Shown piece by piece: positions 14,346 to 29,220 of a stretch of 64,000 nt of DNA. How positions within the stretch are numbered: position 1 is the first letter of the stretch; every line of letters starts with the position of its first letter. This DNA comes from Camelus dromedarius (Eukaryota), in NCBI RefSeq assembly GCF_036321535.1, contig NC_087437.1:90336001-90400000 (forward strand), in the 5' to 3' direction. The notes under the pieces are model-generated. The model saw only the letters and a program-made list of their open reading frames with translations, made no database searches and had not been told where the DNA came from. The position numbers were made by a program, and so were the translations under genes.

Positions 14346-15439
14346 CAAACTGAAATAACTTTTCTTAGTTTGATATTGATCCAGATAATCTGCTTGGCCC
14401 AAAGCTTATAATATTGTCATGTCAGCATCAGGTATTTAGCAGATTAGGTAGAGATGGGAAAAAATTAAATGTTCCATGTAAATTAAATTTATCCAAAATG
14501 TCACATATTGTGAAATATCCTGTTTCTTGATTTTCATCTGTGTGCACACAAGTAAAAATGCTAGCTAATATACATGGACTTAATTGCCCACAGATCAATT
14601 TAAATTGTATCATTCCATTATTTCTACTTGCCTATATTACTGAGCATGGCAGCAATAATCCCCTTGTCTATCAAACTGGTGATAAACTACACTAATATAA
14701 AATATTTGTGGTCTTCAACTTTAATTTCTCCCCTGCCTTATAGTCTTTCAACGTTTATGATAATCCTGAAAGCTAGTTTATTTGGTAAAGTCCCTATTCT
14801 TTACCATATAGATTTGCAAATAAGAGACTACTATTTAGTTCTATACATTGACACTAGGAAACAGAATACTGAGAAAATGAAAATGTTCTTTATTGGAATC
14901 ACAGGAAACCTGATATAAATAGAAATATGGATGAGATAGATATTGATTAATATGTACCCAGTATTGTTCTAAGAAGGTTGATAAAAATCAACCCAACATT
15001 AAAAAAAAAACTATACAAAGAAGTGAAGCAATAAAAGAAATCTGGAAACTATAGTAATGATTTTCTTGCCCATGGTAGATAACCAAATAAACATTCATGG
15101 ATGTAAGTTGAATTCAAATTCAAAAAACATATGATGTGTTAAAGCAATGTCTCTAAAAAAATTTCACAAAACTTTCTCCTTGACATAGAACAGTAAACAT
15201 TCTATACAAACTGGAACTTGGCTATAAGTGGTCCATTTTATGTGAGAGCTCGTGTCTTTGGGTTAGACTGATTTTACAGAAAGATGTGCAAGATTTACCT
15301 TATGGCTTGGCATACACTTGGCACATGATCTTATATGCTCCAGACTGCATGTGCACTGTATTAATTCTGTTCTGAGTGATAAAAATGGCTTGCTCTCTAT
15401 TCAGGTTCCATGTTTTTACATCTTTCAGCATCTCTGTGT

Positions 15440-16115
15440 CTATTGGTACAAATAATAACATTTTCCAAGTTCAATTCCATGTATTGGAGACACAGCATTG
15501 AACAAAACAGACCAACAAATCTTGCTCTCATGAAACTTACATTTTACAGAAGTGAGAAAGATTGTGTGTGTATGTATCTATAAAATACAGAATATGTTGG
15601 TGGTAAGTATAATGGAAAATGAACAGGGTAAGGATAGATGATGAGGAAGTATGTCAGGAGAGTGGTCTGGAAAAGGCTAACAGAGGGTACTTTTGAATAA
15701 GACCCTACAACATTTCTGATGCAGTAAAAACCCAAATGGATCACAAATTATTAATGGAACAAACAGCAAAAATAGATGAAGAGGCTTGATGAAGAGATAT
15801 CTGAGCTATGTTACTGGCACAGGAAAGAGACCAGAGCTACTGGAGCAGACATACGTGGTAGGAGGTGTATATGGAGACCAAGTCAGAAATAGCCACGCTG
15901 TGTATAGCTTTATAGGCCATTGGGAAGACTCTAGTTTTCTCTGAGTAAAATGGGAACAACTGTAGAGCGTGAGCCATGGGATTACATGTTTTGACTCATA
16001 TTTTTATCAAAAACATGCTGGCTGCCACGTTGAAAACAAAAATAAAGGTAGCAATAGGGAGGCCACTTATGAAGTTAGGGCAATATCCTAGGATAGAGAT
16101 GATGATGATTTACAG
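15440..16115 (-). mobile_element. L2 LINE 3' fragment
   Basis: tggagacacagcattgaacaaaacagac...tgctctcatgaaacttacatt...taggccattgggaagactctagttttctctgagtaaaatggga resembles the reverse-strand L2 3' end. Confidence 0.75.
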
Positions 16116-17269
16116 TTTAGACAAAGAGTTAGAAGTTAAAAGTTGACCTTTGAACAGTTCTTGAAACAGAAATGATACTTTGGGGATTAATTTTTTTTTC
16201 AAAGTGAAGTGTTAACATTAACACAAGCATTTTGTGGTACACCATTAGAAATCAGATGGAAAAAAATTTTAAATATTTTAAGTATACACTTATTTTCACA
16301 ATGGAGTTACTCTTTTTTAGTTTAATTTTACTTTAAAATTATTTTATAATTCTAAAGACTAAAATATAAAATGTGTTTAGTATTTAGGTTGTGAAGCTTT
16401 GTCTGGTTTTGTACTATTGTTTTGCTCATCATTAGCTAGAGTTCTTAGCCTGTAATTGTAATCTCATCCCTAAAAGAATTTACAATGTATTTGCTATGAA
16501 AATTTACAGTATGTCTTTAAATACAGTATCAAATGAGATAATGAGATAAATTGGAAAAATAATTACTTTCTAAACACACAAAACAAAATCTTTGCCTTTA
16601 CACTTCAGCAAACCCCACTAACTGGCAGACAATTTGTTCATTAAGGTCACCGTCCTGACTTATATTGACTCAGAGAGACAGTGCAGGAATTCCTTTGGCT
16701 GGTTAATACAGCTGAAATTAACAGATTGACTCTGCCATGCCCTATTCATTTTCCATGAAGAGATTCAGTTGAAAGGTGCATAGCTTATGATTCTTCATTT
16801 CACAGGGATGAAAGGTAGATCATCACCTAAATTTGCTGCAATTTATCCTCACTTCAACTCATTGGGAATAATTAGTTCATTTTCTTCTTCATAATAATGC
16901 TAAGTCTATAACCATTTAAACTATTTCAATAAAAATAATCTAAAAAATACCTATAGCAATTATACATATATTGTGAGCAATGTAGGTGGGGGACAAGCTT
17001 CCCATATGCATTCAGAGTGCTAAGAGGCTGTCTGCCAACACCATGTCCTTTTGGATAATTTCCATTTTCATTCATATTTTCACATCCTTGAACATAAAGC
17101 ATGCTTAGTAAAGCAACCAAATGTTAAGAAAAAATTCCATATTCAAATCAAGAGTTTGTACATTTTTAACTGGTTCACAGTATATATTTGATCAGAAAGC
17201 TAACTTGAAAGGCCAGGGGCTAGGCAGCTAAGATCACAGTGCAAGAGAGAAGATAAGTGAGTTTCCCAG

Positions 17270-17665
17270 TGTGAAGATCATGAGAGCTGTTTCCAAAAAC
17301 TCTTCTCTGACACAGACAGATCCGCTCTCCTTTTCTTCCTTTGAAGTGAAGTGTAAACATGTGATTTGCTTTGGCTGAAGAAACATGGGTAGAAGTGATA
17401 TGAGTTTCTTCTTGTCAGTTGTTTTAGAACCTCTCCTACTTCACCACCTCCCTCCCTCTACTGGAATGATGGTAAAAGCAGGGAAACATATGCTGAAGTG
17501 GGGTCTCAGGAGCCTGGATCTCTGAATGGTGAAAATGAACAGATACTTCTTCTAGCCCAGGTTGGGCCAACATCTAGCTGGATCAGAAATAAACCTCCAT
17601 GAAGTTAAGCCACTGAGATTTGGGGGTCATTAATAGATTTGGGGGTTGGATGGTTGTAGCTGCAC
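17270..17665 (+). mobile_element. MaLR solo LTR (MLT1H/I/J-like)
   Basis: catgtgatttgctttggctgaagaaacatgggtagaagtgat...gaaataaacctccatgaagttaagccactgagatttggggg is typical of MLT1. Confidence 0.7.
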
Positions 17666-18094
17666 AGACAGAGCAAGTAATCTTATTATCTACTGAAGGA
17701 AGCAGATGGTAACAAGACTAGAGAAAGTAGCTATATTGAGATGCGAAAATGTGCTAAATTGCCCAAAACACAAGAGACTATGAGGCCCAGGGGAGTTCCA
17801 GATAATTGTGAGTTTTATCTAAAGAAAGTTTAAATTATTTTTATCAGCATATCTCCTTCTATCTGTATTTCTAGAGAATATGCTGGAATAAAAATGGGTT
17901 GGAAGTCAATTAAAATCTTATAGATAAAAGCATACTGTTATATTTAAAATATGATATATAATAGGGTTTACTGTTAAGAAATAAGTAAGAGGTTTTGGTC
18001 AAAGCACATCAATAGCTGTTTCTGTATGAAGCTACTACTCTTCCTCTTCCTCTTCCTCAAACAGTACTAATAGAACAAATTGTTTTTTATTTTT

Positions 18095-18335
18095 ACAATG
18101 CTTCCTATATGCCTGTTGAAGCACTTTATATGTGTTACATATTTAATTCTCACAAAACGTATCCTACCAGTTAGGTACTGTTCTCATCCCAATTTTAGAA
18201 ATTTCAGGAAACTGAGGCACTAAATGTTTAACTGTTTTGTCCAATGTTATACAGGTACTAACTGGCAGAACTGAGATTTAAACCCAAACATCCCGTCTCC
18301 AGAGTCTGTGCTTTGAAAACTGTAATCTACTGCTG
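18095..18335 (-). mobile_element. MIR SINE
   Basis: tttaattctcacaaaac...ggaaactgaggcac...tggcagaactgagatttaaacccaaaca...ctccagagtctgtgct. Confidence 0.8.
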
Positions 18336-18754
18336 CTCAGGAAGCATGAGAAGTTAATTTCTTTCATTGCATTAAATAAGATAGCTAGTTCTCATATGAA
18401 ATCTGGGGGGTTTTTTACAAAAGATGAAGCCAGACAGAGGAAAATGACAGACTAAATACTATGTGATCCACGTATCTAGTCCCTGACGAAATTTACCTTC
18501 ACTGTCAAGAAATCAAGTTTAAAGGACCTGGATTAGACATCATGGGTTTTATGTAAGTTGGTTTCAGCGAGGACCAGGGCGCTCTCAAAAGCAGAGTCTG
18601 TGGGTTCTACACCCCTAAGGAGTGAGAAGAGCTAATTTAGATAACCAGCATTTATAATTAGCTAATTAAAAGCAAGACTGAATCCTGCCAGGTTAAAGAC
18701 AAGCTGTGATATTATGCCATGCATCTGAGAAGCAGCAGCAATTTTAAAAGGATA

Positions 18755-18950
18755 TATGACCCAGAGAAACTGGCTCTAAGTCCAAACTGTCTAAATAACT
18801 TTCTAATCACTGGGTATGTGAATTTTAGCAAGTTACTTAACCTTTTTAAGCTACAAAAACCTCAAGATAATAATGCTACCTCAGGATCAATGTAGAATTA
18901 AGTGAGAGAATGTTTGCAAAGCACTTGGAACATTTCCAGGCGTGTTTCTA
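18755..18950 (+). mobile_element. MIR fragment
   Basis: gtgaattttagcaagttacttaacct...ataataatgctacctcagga...aattaagtgagagaatgtttgcaaagcacttggaaca. Confidence 0.7.
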
Positions 18951-20355
18951 GATATGACAGGGCTTATAAGAACAGTTTTTAAAAGGTGCTTGAGAATACA
19001 GCTGTGTCTTAAATCCTTATTCTAATATATACTATCAATTTATATATTTAGTTTCAGTTTGGAGCATTATTTGCCCTGTAACTTCAATTTCCCCCATTAT
19101 CTTCTCACTTTCCTCCTGAGTTACTGAATACATATTGAAGACACTATGTCTTCCATGACCTTAGAACCTTACAAAAAAAAATTATTGTTTTCTAATAAAG
19201 AATTTAATTTGTGTTAACTTGTATTAGCATTATTAACTATACATTTTCTAGTTTTCACAACTGAAAGAACAATGAACCCCAGTTGCACTGAATAAGGATA
19301 ATTGTGCTTAAAATGCCAAATAAAAATATATACAGTAATTTAGATATAATTTTATGCATGTAAGTTATGTAATTATTATGTAACTTTATGCATGATCCAA
19401 CAAAACCTGGTAGAGTGCAAGCCTTTTAAGAACATATATGTAGCTTTCTGAGGGCTGAGCCCACATTTTTAAACTGATGACTCTTTGGTTCCTGAATCTT
19501 AACTATAACCCCGGTTTATGGAATGTCATCTTTAGGTGATTAAGTATTTGTGCCCATGTGCTAATGGCCCTCCCTATCCACTGGTCTTGAATTCCAGGCT
19601 GAAACTAAACTTGCCATCTGTTCTGTTCAGCCCCACTTTCCTGTCCTCTTTCATCTCCAGGTACCTCCCCACCCAGGCTTGTACTTCCCACGTTCCTCCC
19701 ATCAGTCCACAGGTAAGATGTTTCTCCCTTCTTGCAAGGTAATTTTTCTTTGGAAAAAAAAAAAGCCCTTATATATCATAAATATAATTACCTCTTATTT
19801 GAGAGAGAAAATTGAGCCCCAAAATCCTCTCTCATTTTTGCTAAAATTACCAAAGCCCATAAAAATGGATACAATTCCTCATTAATTAATTAGATATCAT
19901 AGCCCAACTTACATTTTTACTTTGACTGACTATTCTAGAATGTCTTTCTTTCATGCTTTCCTTAAGCTTCTTTGTAGCTTTTCTGCATGATAACCTATAG
20001 CTCTCATAAATAAAATATGCATATAATAAATACATATGTGATTTGGTCTACAAAGAAAAACTCACAGTATTAAATACAAAATCAATGAGCCACAGTTTAT
20101 TAATTGTATACGCTGGTAAAGCACAAGTACTCTGAGATAAGAAGTTAGCACATGCCAACTATATCATGTAATTATGAACATATAAATATTGATCAATGCA
20201 AAGAAATAACTCAAAAGCCAAAATATGACATTCAGATGAAATTCCCATAAACTTAAATTGTCTTGCCTCAAATGGTGAATTTAAGCATATGACTTGATAA
20301 TTCAAGAAAATACCAAAGATCTTGCTCTCTTTACTCACAGGAGAAAATAGATGTT

Positions 20356-20357
<2 letters not shown>

Positions 20358-20401
<44 letters not shown>
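20358..20401. repeat. (GT)22 microsatellite
   Basis: Perfect dinucleotide run. Confidence 0.97.
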
Positions 20402-20402
<1 letters not shown>

Positions 20403-21242
20403 GCCATTGTTAAAATGTATTTATAGCGACAATAACTTCATACCTACTTCTCAAGGATATTTTTAAATAATTAGAGGATGCTCAAGGGAGTAAAATTTTA
20501 AAAGACCAATAGGAAGACCTATATTACTGCAGAAGGGTTAGCAGCAGGGTTAATTCTGTGTCCTGTGTTTGGCCCTCATGTTCCAACCAGACAGAAAATT
20601 CCCAGCTTGCACAACTGGATGACTACGATGGATGCAGTACCTTTTCTTATAATGAGCTCAATACGCAAAACTCAAACTTGCCGGGTTAATTGCACTTCTA
20701 CCATTTCTCAGCATTGCCCTCAGCTTCCTAAATGAGGATTAAAGAAGCCACACCCATCCTGCCTTTCAAATCCTTAAATACTATAGCTTACTACAAAGCA
20801 ACTAAAGCCAAGGGAATGTGAATGTTTGCTCAAAGTGATGCTGTTAGAGTTACACTAGTCCCCAGGTATTCCATCACACCGGGCTGTCTTTGGGATGGTG
20901 AGACTACTGTGAAGAATATAGTACTCTTATAAAGACAAAATAGTTTCTGATGTTCACCATTTACTTTACACAAATTATATTTACCAGGAACTACTGATAA
21001 GATACAGTAAATTTTTGTCCTTATGAAGGGAATTATTAGAATAGTACAATATGCCAATAACTGCAACCATAAATTGCCTTTTACAGAAAATAAGCATTGA
21101 AAACTTAGGAAGGGAAATACCTTGCTAGATAGTAAAATTTAATTTCACTTGATATTTTTTCATAATAATCTGTGGATTATTAATCCCTAATTCCAAATTT
21201 CCAAATGGATTTGGAAAATAAAGTGTGGACAGTTCACTAATA

Positions 21243-21243
<1 letters not shown>

Positions 21244-21282
<39 letters not shown>
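21244..21282. repeat. (CA)19 microsatellite
   Basis: Perfect dinucleotide run. Confidence 0.97.
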
Positions 21283-21285
<3 letters not shown>

Positions 21286-24200
21286 AAAAAACATTCTAAA
21301 AAATCATTGAGTTTTTCCTGTATTTTCTCACCACTTTGAGTGTTCTTTGTCACTCCAAAAGCAGCACTTTTCCATTCTTGAGGAGAGTCTCTGTAACCCA
21401 TTACTAGGAATACATAATAAGTATAAAAATATATTCCATGACACTGCAGATAAAGTGTGTTGGTGCAGTTTTCCCTGCTGGGGACAGAATGCAACAAAGG
21501 AAAGAACAGCTGAAACCAATGACCTGACTCACTAAGGAATTCTGACTCTCACTGGTGAATTACCAGTAGCTAAAATTTACTCCATCCTAAGAATTATGAA
21601 AATAAATTTATCCTGCTCTTTCTGATAAGGTAGAAAGTGGTCAAGATAGAAAAGAATCTATTTTAATATTTTTGTGTGAATACATATTCATATAAAGAAA
21701 AACCTTTTAGTTGTCTACTTCAGGATTAAGAACACTAATGATTCTGTATTTGAATGTTATATACATTAATTTTAATATATATTTATTCAACATATTCATA
21801 AACATTATTTTTTGCAATTGTGCAACTGAGATTCAGTCATTTTACTGATACACTAAAATTAAACAAATATCTTCTAATACTAAAATTATGTTTTAATATA
21901 CCTAAAAATCAATCAGTAAAATTATTTCTATTACTAGTGACTGCTGTGCATTTAAATCATGGCAACTTAAATCTAGAAATATTAAATCATTTCAAAGTTC
22001 ATTGGTAAAGACACTGGAAACTCAGGAAGTTGTGTTAATTGGTATTTATATTCTGATATCATCTAAATATCAGAGTTTATAATAAATCACCAGGATAGAA
22101 AATATATATCTATATAATTATTCAAACACTAGAAAACTGCTAAGTCAAAATTTATTAACATTATTAAACTACGACAACTATCTAAATATTCTGTGAAAAC
22201 ATGTTTTTATATTTGATAGTAAAAATAAGTGTGTAAGCATTTGTGCTTTATTTTATCTACTAAATGCATTCTTCTAAAATACTGTGGATCTGGAAAAATA
22301 ATATTTTTGGCAACAGTACAAATAATAGCCCTGAGCGAGTGAAAAGATGTAAAAATTCTCATGAAGTTTCTTTATAAATGTTAAATTTAAAAATAAATAC
22401 ATTTTCTTAGTTTCAGAAATAAAGAATTCCCAGTTGTTCATTTCTTTGAGCACATAGATTGAAAGAAATCCACTTCATTGATTTAATTGGTATCTTAATG
22501 ATGTGTCATACCCTCAGGAAAATAGAACCAAAACAATTCTAAAGACATCCTGGGTAGATTAATTATTTATACTTCCATGTTATGATACCCCAACATAATC
22601 CACAGTTGGGTTATATAGGAAAGAAATATTTATATATTTTTTCTTAATTGCTGTTGTTACTTAATTGTGGGAAGTATCTTATTTGCATATATTTTTAAAT
22701 ATAAAAGATGTGCCCTCTCATTAACATGTTGCTACAATGTAAACTGAACCTCATAATTCACTTGATACAAAATGTCAAAAGGTGATGTATTTGGCATGTA
22801 TTTTTGTATGTCTATGAATTTGTGCTTAAAAACAAGAGCAAGTTCAGAATATGGTAGCTTATGTAAATGTAAAGTTGCATTTTTGTGGTAATCATTCATC
22901 CAAATGCATCTTGAAAATTATTTGACTTATTTTTTAAAGTTAGTGATTGTGTTCATAAATAATATGCTCTAAAAGTTTTTTTTCTTAACATGAAGATACA
23001 CTGTAAATTGAAATATTATTCATACTAAGGTATATCATCTTCAAACTCTGTTCTAAATTAACTATCAATTTGCATTGTAATTCCAATGTATCTGATTATT
23101 ATGTGTATCTCTCCAGATCAGGATTTTTAAAGCAGTCCCATTGTTAATGGGAAGGCTTGTGATTTAGTAGAATTCAATAGAATGGAAGGCTATGTGGATA
23201 TTTCATTCAATTACAACACATCAATTCAGAAGAAACATACTCTTTGCCAAATAATAGGTTAAAAGGAAACATTTGCACTAAAGCTTGTAAAAAGAATCAT
23301 CACATTTCAAATGGGTCCTTATGGTATAATGTAGAGTGACACGATTAGGTAAGTCACTTATACTCTCTGAAACATTGAGAATACTAATGGTAAGGTATTT
23401 AAAGTAATTAGCATGGAGCCTGGTATATAGTAGTCAATTTATTTCTTTACCTGTAAAATACATGTGTGGAAACATATCTCAGAGATATTATGAGCATCCT
23501 TTGAAAGATGAAAACCTTTTGAAACTAGAAAATGCTACATAAATTAATGAAATGTATTGTCTTCTAAGTGGCTTAGTATAGGTCAGTGAATAATGAGGAT
23601 GCAAGGATCAAATATTTTGGATAAAAAATTGTGTCTTGTTTGAGCACAAGTGTTCTAGGAATAGAGATATTCACGTGTTCTCACATTCCTTCCCCCTTTC
23701 TATCTACCCACCTATCTTGCTTCCTTAAAACACAATAATTTCTGAGAGCCAAGGGAATTTTTTTAATTCTCTTAAAGTCTTCTTTGAACTTACCCATTAC
23801 TGTTTGCTGTAATTTTCATGGGACAAAATTTATTTTGATGTATCTAAATTAAATATTACTTGCCATTACTTGTGAAAAATCATGATACATTTTATACATC
23901 GATAAGGTTACATATAAGAATTCATATAAAATGAGTGACAAGTTTCTATTGGTAATTTAAGGTGAATGAAAGATAAGATAAAGTCTGCTTATGAAACAAT
24001 AGATTTCAAGAGACCATAATAAAACACCATATAATATTAGGACTAAAGTAAGTTATTTGCATTCACATACTCCATATGACCAATTATTTTATACAGGGAC
24101 AGAATATCTTTATCTTGAAAACTTCGTAAAAGTCCTGCACAATTAATCACTATGTTGTATCTAACCTCATCAATATTAGATTGAATAAATTTACATGTTA

Positions 24201-24451
24201 CTTAGGAACTGACCTTGATTAGAAACATTGGATATCCCACTAAAAACACTGGTTAAAGACTTCATTGGTTCTATATTTGCAGATTTTCCTGGACTTAGGC
24301 AATACATCTTTGTGGCAATCAGATTATATTCAACAATGGTAAGGCTACAGGAAAAGTGTAGAGAAAACAATGCTATTTAACAGTTTAAAATAAACAATGT
24401 TTTAAACTCAGAATGGTTAAGAGAAATATATCAAAGTTGTTTTTCTACTAG

Positions 24452-24840
24452 TGCTATAATAGGGTACTAAATCCCCCTTGTGGGGGTCTTTAAGAATCTC
24501 TTGAACATAGCTATATAAATTACCCTTGAAGAAACATATAAAATTAAAGGATTTATTTTATTCATATGGTCTAGAAGAGGGAGGTACTTCAAGCCATGAT
24601 GGGGACCATACGGGATGACCTCCAAGCATCTTTATCACAGATTCAGGTAGAATACAAGTAAAAGGAGTGAGGGAATTTCACTGGACTGTTTGAATATCAC
24701 TAGATCACTATCAGAGGAGAACAAGAAGAACTTGTGGCAGGGACCAGCCGGTGCTCTTGGTCACCTGGGTTGGGTGCTCAGATTGCTTGCAGGAATTTTG
24801 AGGCATCAGGAAAACATGAAGTTTTAAAATTTACAATACA
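24452..24840 (-). mobile_element. Ancient ERVL-type solo LTR (MER76-like)
   Basis: Right end reads TGTATTGTAAATTTTAAAACTTCATGTTTTCCTGATGCC on the minus strand (TG start); tttatt (minus-strand AATAAA) lies toward the left end; family assignment from memory. Confidence 0.45.
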
Positions 24841-26987
24841 AATGTCACCTTGGTTTGTATTCAACCAATAATCTTGATCAGGGTAAATAAGCACAATTCT
24901 AGGGAAGTATATGCCTATACTGTGACAAGAGAAGCCTGAAAGTACGAGAACAAAGGTGTCATAAAATAGATCAGACTTGTTTTCAGATGGGTATATAATG
25001 GGTTTAGTATAAGTTTTTATGCATTCTTCCACCTTTGTATTCAAATTGCTTTCATTGGATAATCAAAATCAGAGAAAAAATAACAAAGTTCAAACTGTAT
25101 TCTTAAGAAGGAACTATCTGTGGGATTCTTGTAATATCCAGACCAAACTACATTCTGATATATAGATTAAATAATTGGAAGTCAGCCACAAAATATTCCT
25201 CTATAAACTTGCTGATAAAGAATTAAGATGTCTTATGGGGTATTCCCCAGTTATCAATTAAGTTGGAGTGACACAATACAAGCATGCATACATATATACC
25301 CACATACCAGCTTTCTGACAATCAGGTTGTTTTCAGGTTCTAGCTAAATTCCATGAAGGGTGGAATTACAAGTATTTGAGAAAAATAGAGATGAACTGGC
25401 AAATAAAAATACATTGTCATACTTTGTGTAGAGATTTCTTAATTTGTCTGGGGAAATTTCTAGCATCAGCATTTTTTTCCTTAAAATTCCTCAGGTGATA
25501 AGAATGAATATGCTGGTCAGAACCACTTACATGAAGAAGTCATATGAATTAAGCATCAGTAGGTCAGATAGGTGATTTTTAATGTGGATTCAGTATGAAT
25601 CAAACTATTACTCAAACGTGACATATAAGTTTAAGAATATTTTTATGATTATAGTAAATTATAGGAAAGAAAGGGGAAATTAAAGTGATACAGTAATTTT
25701 TCCTTAAATATGTAATCACCTAAATTTGGGAAATAAAATGGAGAAAATAAATCAAATGAAATACAAATGATATGCAGTTAAGAGGGTAAAATCATTAAAT
25801 GGAAAATCAAAAAAAAGAATTTAAAGATTATTGTTTAAGTAAGATTCATAGTTTATTCTTTTACTTTGGCTATATTGCAGAGAATCACCATTTCCAGGAA
25901 AAGTGAGGTAGAAGGCTTTACTTCCCAGATGCTCTGTTGAGCTATCCTAAACTTCCATGGACCCAAACATTGACATGACGTACTGGCCACAGGCCAGGTC
26001 CAAGTGCCACTGCTGTGATTTGTATCACCTAATGATATTTTGGTATGTAAGTAAGAAAATGAACATGTATTTCAGAAAGGGAAGGATGATTAGAACTGGA
26101 ATCACGTGTAAATGAGGGAGACCATATTTGCTAGTAGGTAAATATATTTTTAAATCTCAATATCTGATATGTATATTCTGAAAAATTATAATTGATTTTG
26201 GAGGAGGAATTACATAGGAAATAAACTATATATAATGATAATTTCTCTTCTCTCAGTAAATAGAATCATAAAATAGTCTTTAAAATTCTGCTTTTACTTC
26301 TTATAGCAATAGAAGTTGTTTCTACTACTGTACCTTGATGATGAAGTACTGGATTAGTCTTAACATGCTCATTTATCTGGTTTATAGATATTTAGATCTT
26401 TGGGAGATCTAACCCCAAAAGACTCATTGGAAGAGGAATTCACTGGTATATATATTCATGGCCTGTAAGTAATCTATCTGAATAATACCATTCACCTTCT
26501 GACTAGTCATGAGGTTCATCAGACTAATTTAAGGTCTTTAAGATACAAATTAAATTTAGCCCACTTGCATAGTCTACTATCATCACTAAGCTTGTTTGAA
26601 TCTTATAAACTGTGCAGACATTTTATGGAACAACATCAATATTTAGGTCATAATGAAGAACCTAAACAGATCCATACATTTTTTTAAACCAATAATTAAA
26701 TATAATTTCTGAAGCTCTTAATAATTATCTTCTTTGTATAAATGCACCTGACTGCAAACTTTACCCCATGTTGTAGGGTCAATGATGAGAGGATAGGAAA
26801 TTAAAAATGGAGCATTATAAATGGCTGATCTTTCTGGGACAGCTGAACTCTCAAAAAGCATCTTTTTGGGTGCCCAAAGACCTGGAGTCTAGTTTCAGCT
26901 TTGCTATTCATAGAGCTGTGAAGAACTCAGGCTGACTTTTAAAATGTAAATTCAGGTACATTATTAATCAGTAAGAAAAATATGAAT

Positions 26988-27195
26988 TAGCACTGCTCAA
27001 TAGAATTTTTGCAATAATGGAAATGTTCTGTATCTTTACTGTACCACTCTAACTGCTAGCTACATCTGGTTCTTAAGGACCTGAAATAAGGCTAGGATGA
27101 TAGAGGAACTAAATTTTTAATGTAATTAATTTTAAATGATTAAATATAAACAAATAGTTACAGGCAGCTAGTGGATACCATATTGGACAATGCAA
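26988..27195 (+). mobile_element. MER3 (hAT-Charlie non-autonomous DNA transposon)
   Basis: gcactgctcaatagaattttt...atggaaatgttctgtatct...gctagtggataccatattggacaatgc follows the MER3 consensus end to end. Confidence 0.85.
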
Positions 27196-28284
27196 ATATA
27201 CACAGTATTTGAATACATTTATTGGGAAGAATAAAAAAAATCATGGATCATTATTACAAATGAGTAAGTCTTGAGTGAGTCTCTAAAAACAAAATATGTT
27301 TCATAAATAGGGATATCCCTAGAGAAATGTATAGCCTCAATCAACCCTTATAGTAGAGGGAGTCCAGGTTGAACCTGACTTAACTGAAAACTCAGCATAA
27401 AATTAATTAAAAGGATCAATTTGCAGAAGAAAATAGAAGTCACAATATGGCAATGTCAAACCTACAGCCTTTGTAAAGGAAGAATTATTATTAAATTTTT
27501 TTCCAGGTAAAATTATAAATAAATTGTTGAATATATATGGAATTCAGGACTTTTAAAAACTGAGCCAGCTAGAAGCCCCCAACTCAACTAGCTGTTAGAA
27601 GTCAGTATCATGTAATGGGGAGCCAATCATACAATGTCATTCAGCTTGGGTTGAAATTTGATCTATCAGCCATTTATAAGAGCACTTTTCCAAGAACTCC
27701 ATATAATCTTACAACTGATTTTACACAAAATATATAGCATTATAAGGCAAGATGGAATCATAAGGTCCATAACTCTAACAAAATTAACTTAATTTCTATT
27801 TTTTAAAAAAATCTCCTAGTAGGTCTATTCCATTGGAGCATGCAGCTATTTAGAGGAGGTTTAATAAATGTAAATGCATTTCAGTATGCATATTTTCTAC
27901 ACATTAGGAGAATAAAAGCTGGTTTTCCCTCTGATTATGTTTAGGAAATGGATTGCCCATGCTGAATACTAATAATAACATTTTAATAGTTAAAGGTTAA
28001 CAATTCATATCATTTAGAGTTCATCATGAATCTACTAAAAATTGTCCTTAAAAATAAGGTTCCGATTTATTGCATAATGAAATCATAATATTCTCGGCAG
28101 ATACTTACTATCCAAATAACATGCAATGCATGCACATACTATATAGCTATTTGCATAATGAAATTAGTTTTTAAACTCAATCCAGGTGCTTTTCCTCTAT
28201 ACTAGAAAAAATAAATTAACAGAATAACTGACAGAAATAAAATCCCCCATCCAAAAATACCAACAAACAGGAAAAGATAAAGCA

Positions 28285-28358
<74 letters not shown>
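28285..28358. repeat. Compound (TA)n(TG)n(TA)n microsatellite
   Basis: Direct reading. Confidence 0.95.
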
Positions 28359-28364
<6 letters not shown>

Positions 28365-28654
28365 AACAAAAACACTATAACATCTACTTATTTTTTATTT
28401 TCCTTGAATTTATTTTGGAAAGAAGCAAACTCGTTATAATGTGTCACAATGTGTCATCATACTTGACAGGTTATAAATTTAAGAAAGTTATAGACTAAGA
28501 AAATCTTAGTAATTTTCTTAATTTTAACTATGTATGCCAGGTATGGTTAATACAAAAATAGACACTTTAATGGGAATGAAAACAGTAGCATATTTTATAT
28601 TGTAACATAAAAGACCTAAGGTAAAAATTTTTAAGAGGCAATGTATCTAAATAT

Positions 28655-28707
28655 ATATCTATATCTATCTATCTATCTATCTGTCTATCTATCTATCTAT
28701 ATATATA
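28655..28707. repeat. (TCTA)n tetranucleotide repeat with TA flanks
   Basis: atctatctatctatctgtctatctatctat. Confidence 0.9.
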
Positions 28708-29220
28708 ACTTTGCAACAAAAAATATTTTCTTATGTTAAAAATTTTAAATTCCAACCCCTGAACTGCCTACTTTCTTATTTTTTTCTATGGCACTTACAA
28801 TCTTTAAAAATACTGTATTGTTTATATTTTTCTCCCAGATGCTACACACTAGGAATGTGAGATTTGTCACTGTTTGGTTTATTACTGTATAAGATTCTAA
28901 GACAGAGCCTCACACATAGTAAAGGGAAAATAAATATTTTTAATTAAAAAATTAATTACTATCCTCATTAATTCTAACTAGTAAAGTATTAAGGAGAAAC
29001 ACTGCCTATAAACAAATTCTTGAGGCTGTAACAGTGGAGCTATCCAATTGCAATGACCATACAGATAAATTTCATAGTGTTGAATGCTACTTAAAAAGTA
29101 ATTCATATTACTTTTATTTATGTTTAAATGATAGCCTATGATAATATGTAATTGTTATTACTGACTCTGAAATTGGTTACTTTTCCCCCTGAAATTATCT
29201 AGAAAATATGGAAACAAAAA

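Noticed and set aside
14094..14411. 105-aa ORF
   Set aside because: Translation of a MIR (QMRKSRHREVKKLAQSH is the typical MIR-derived peptide)
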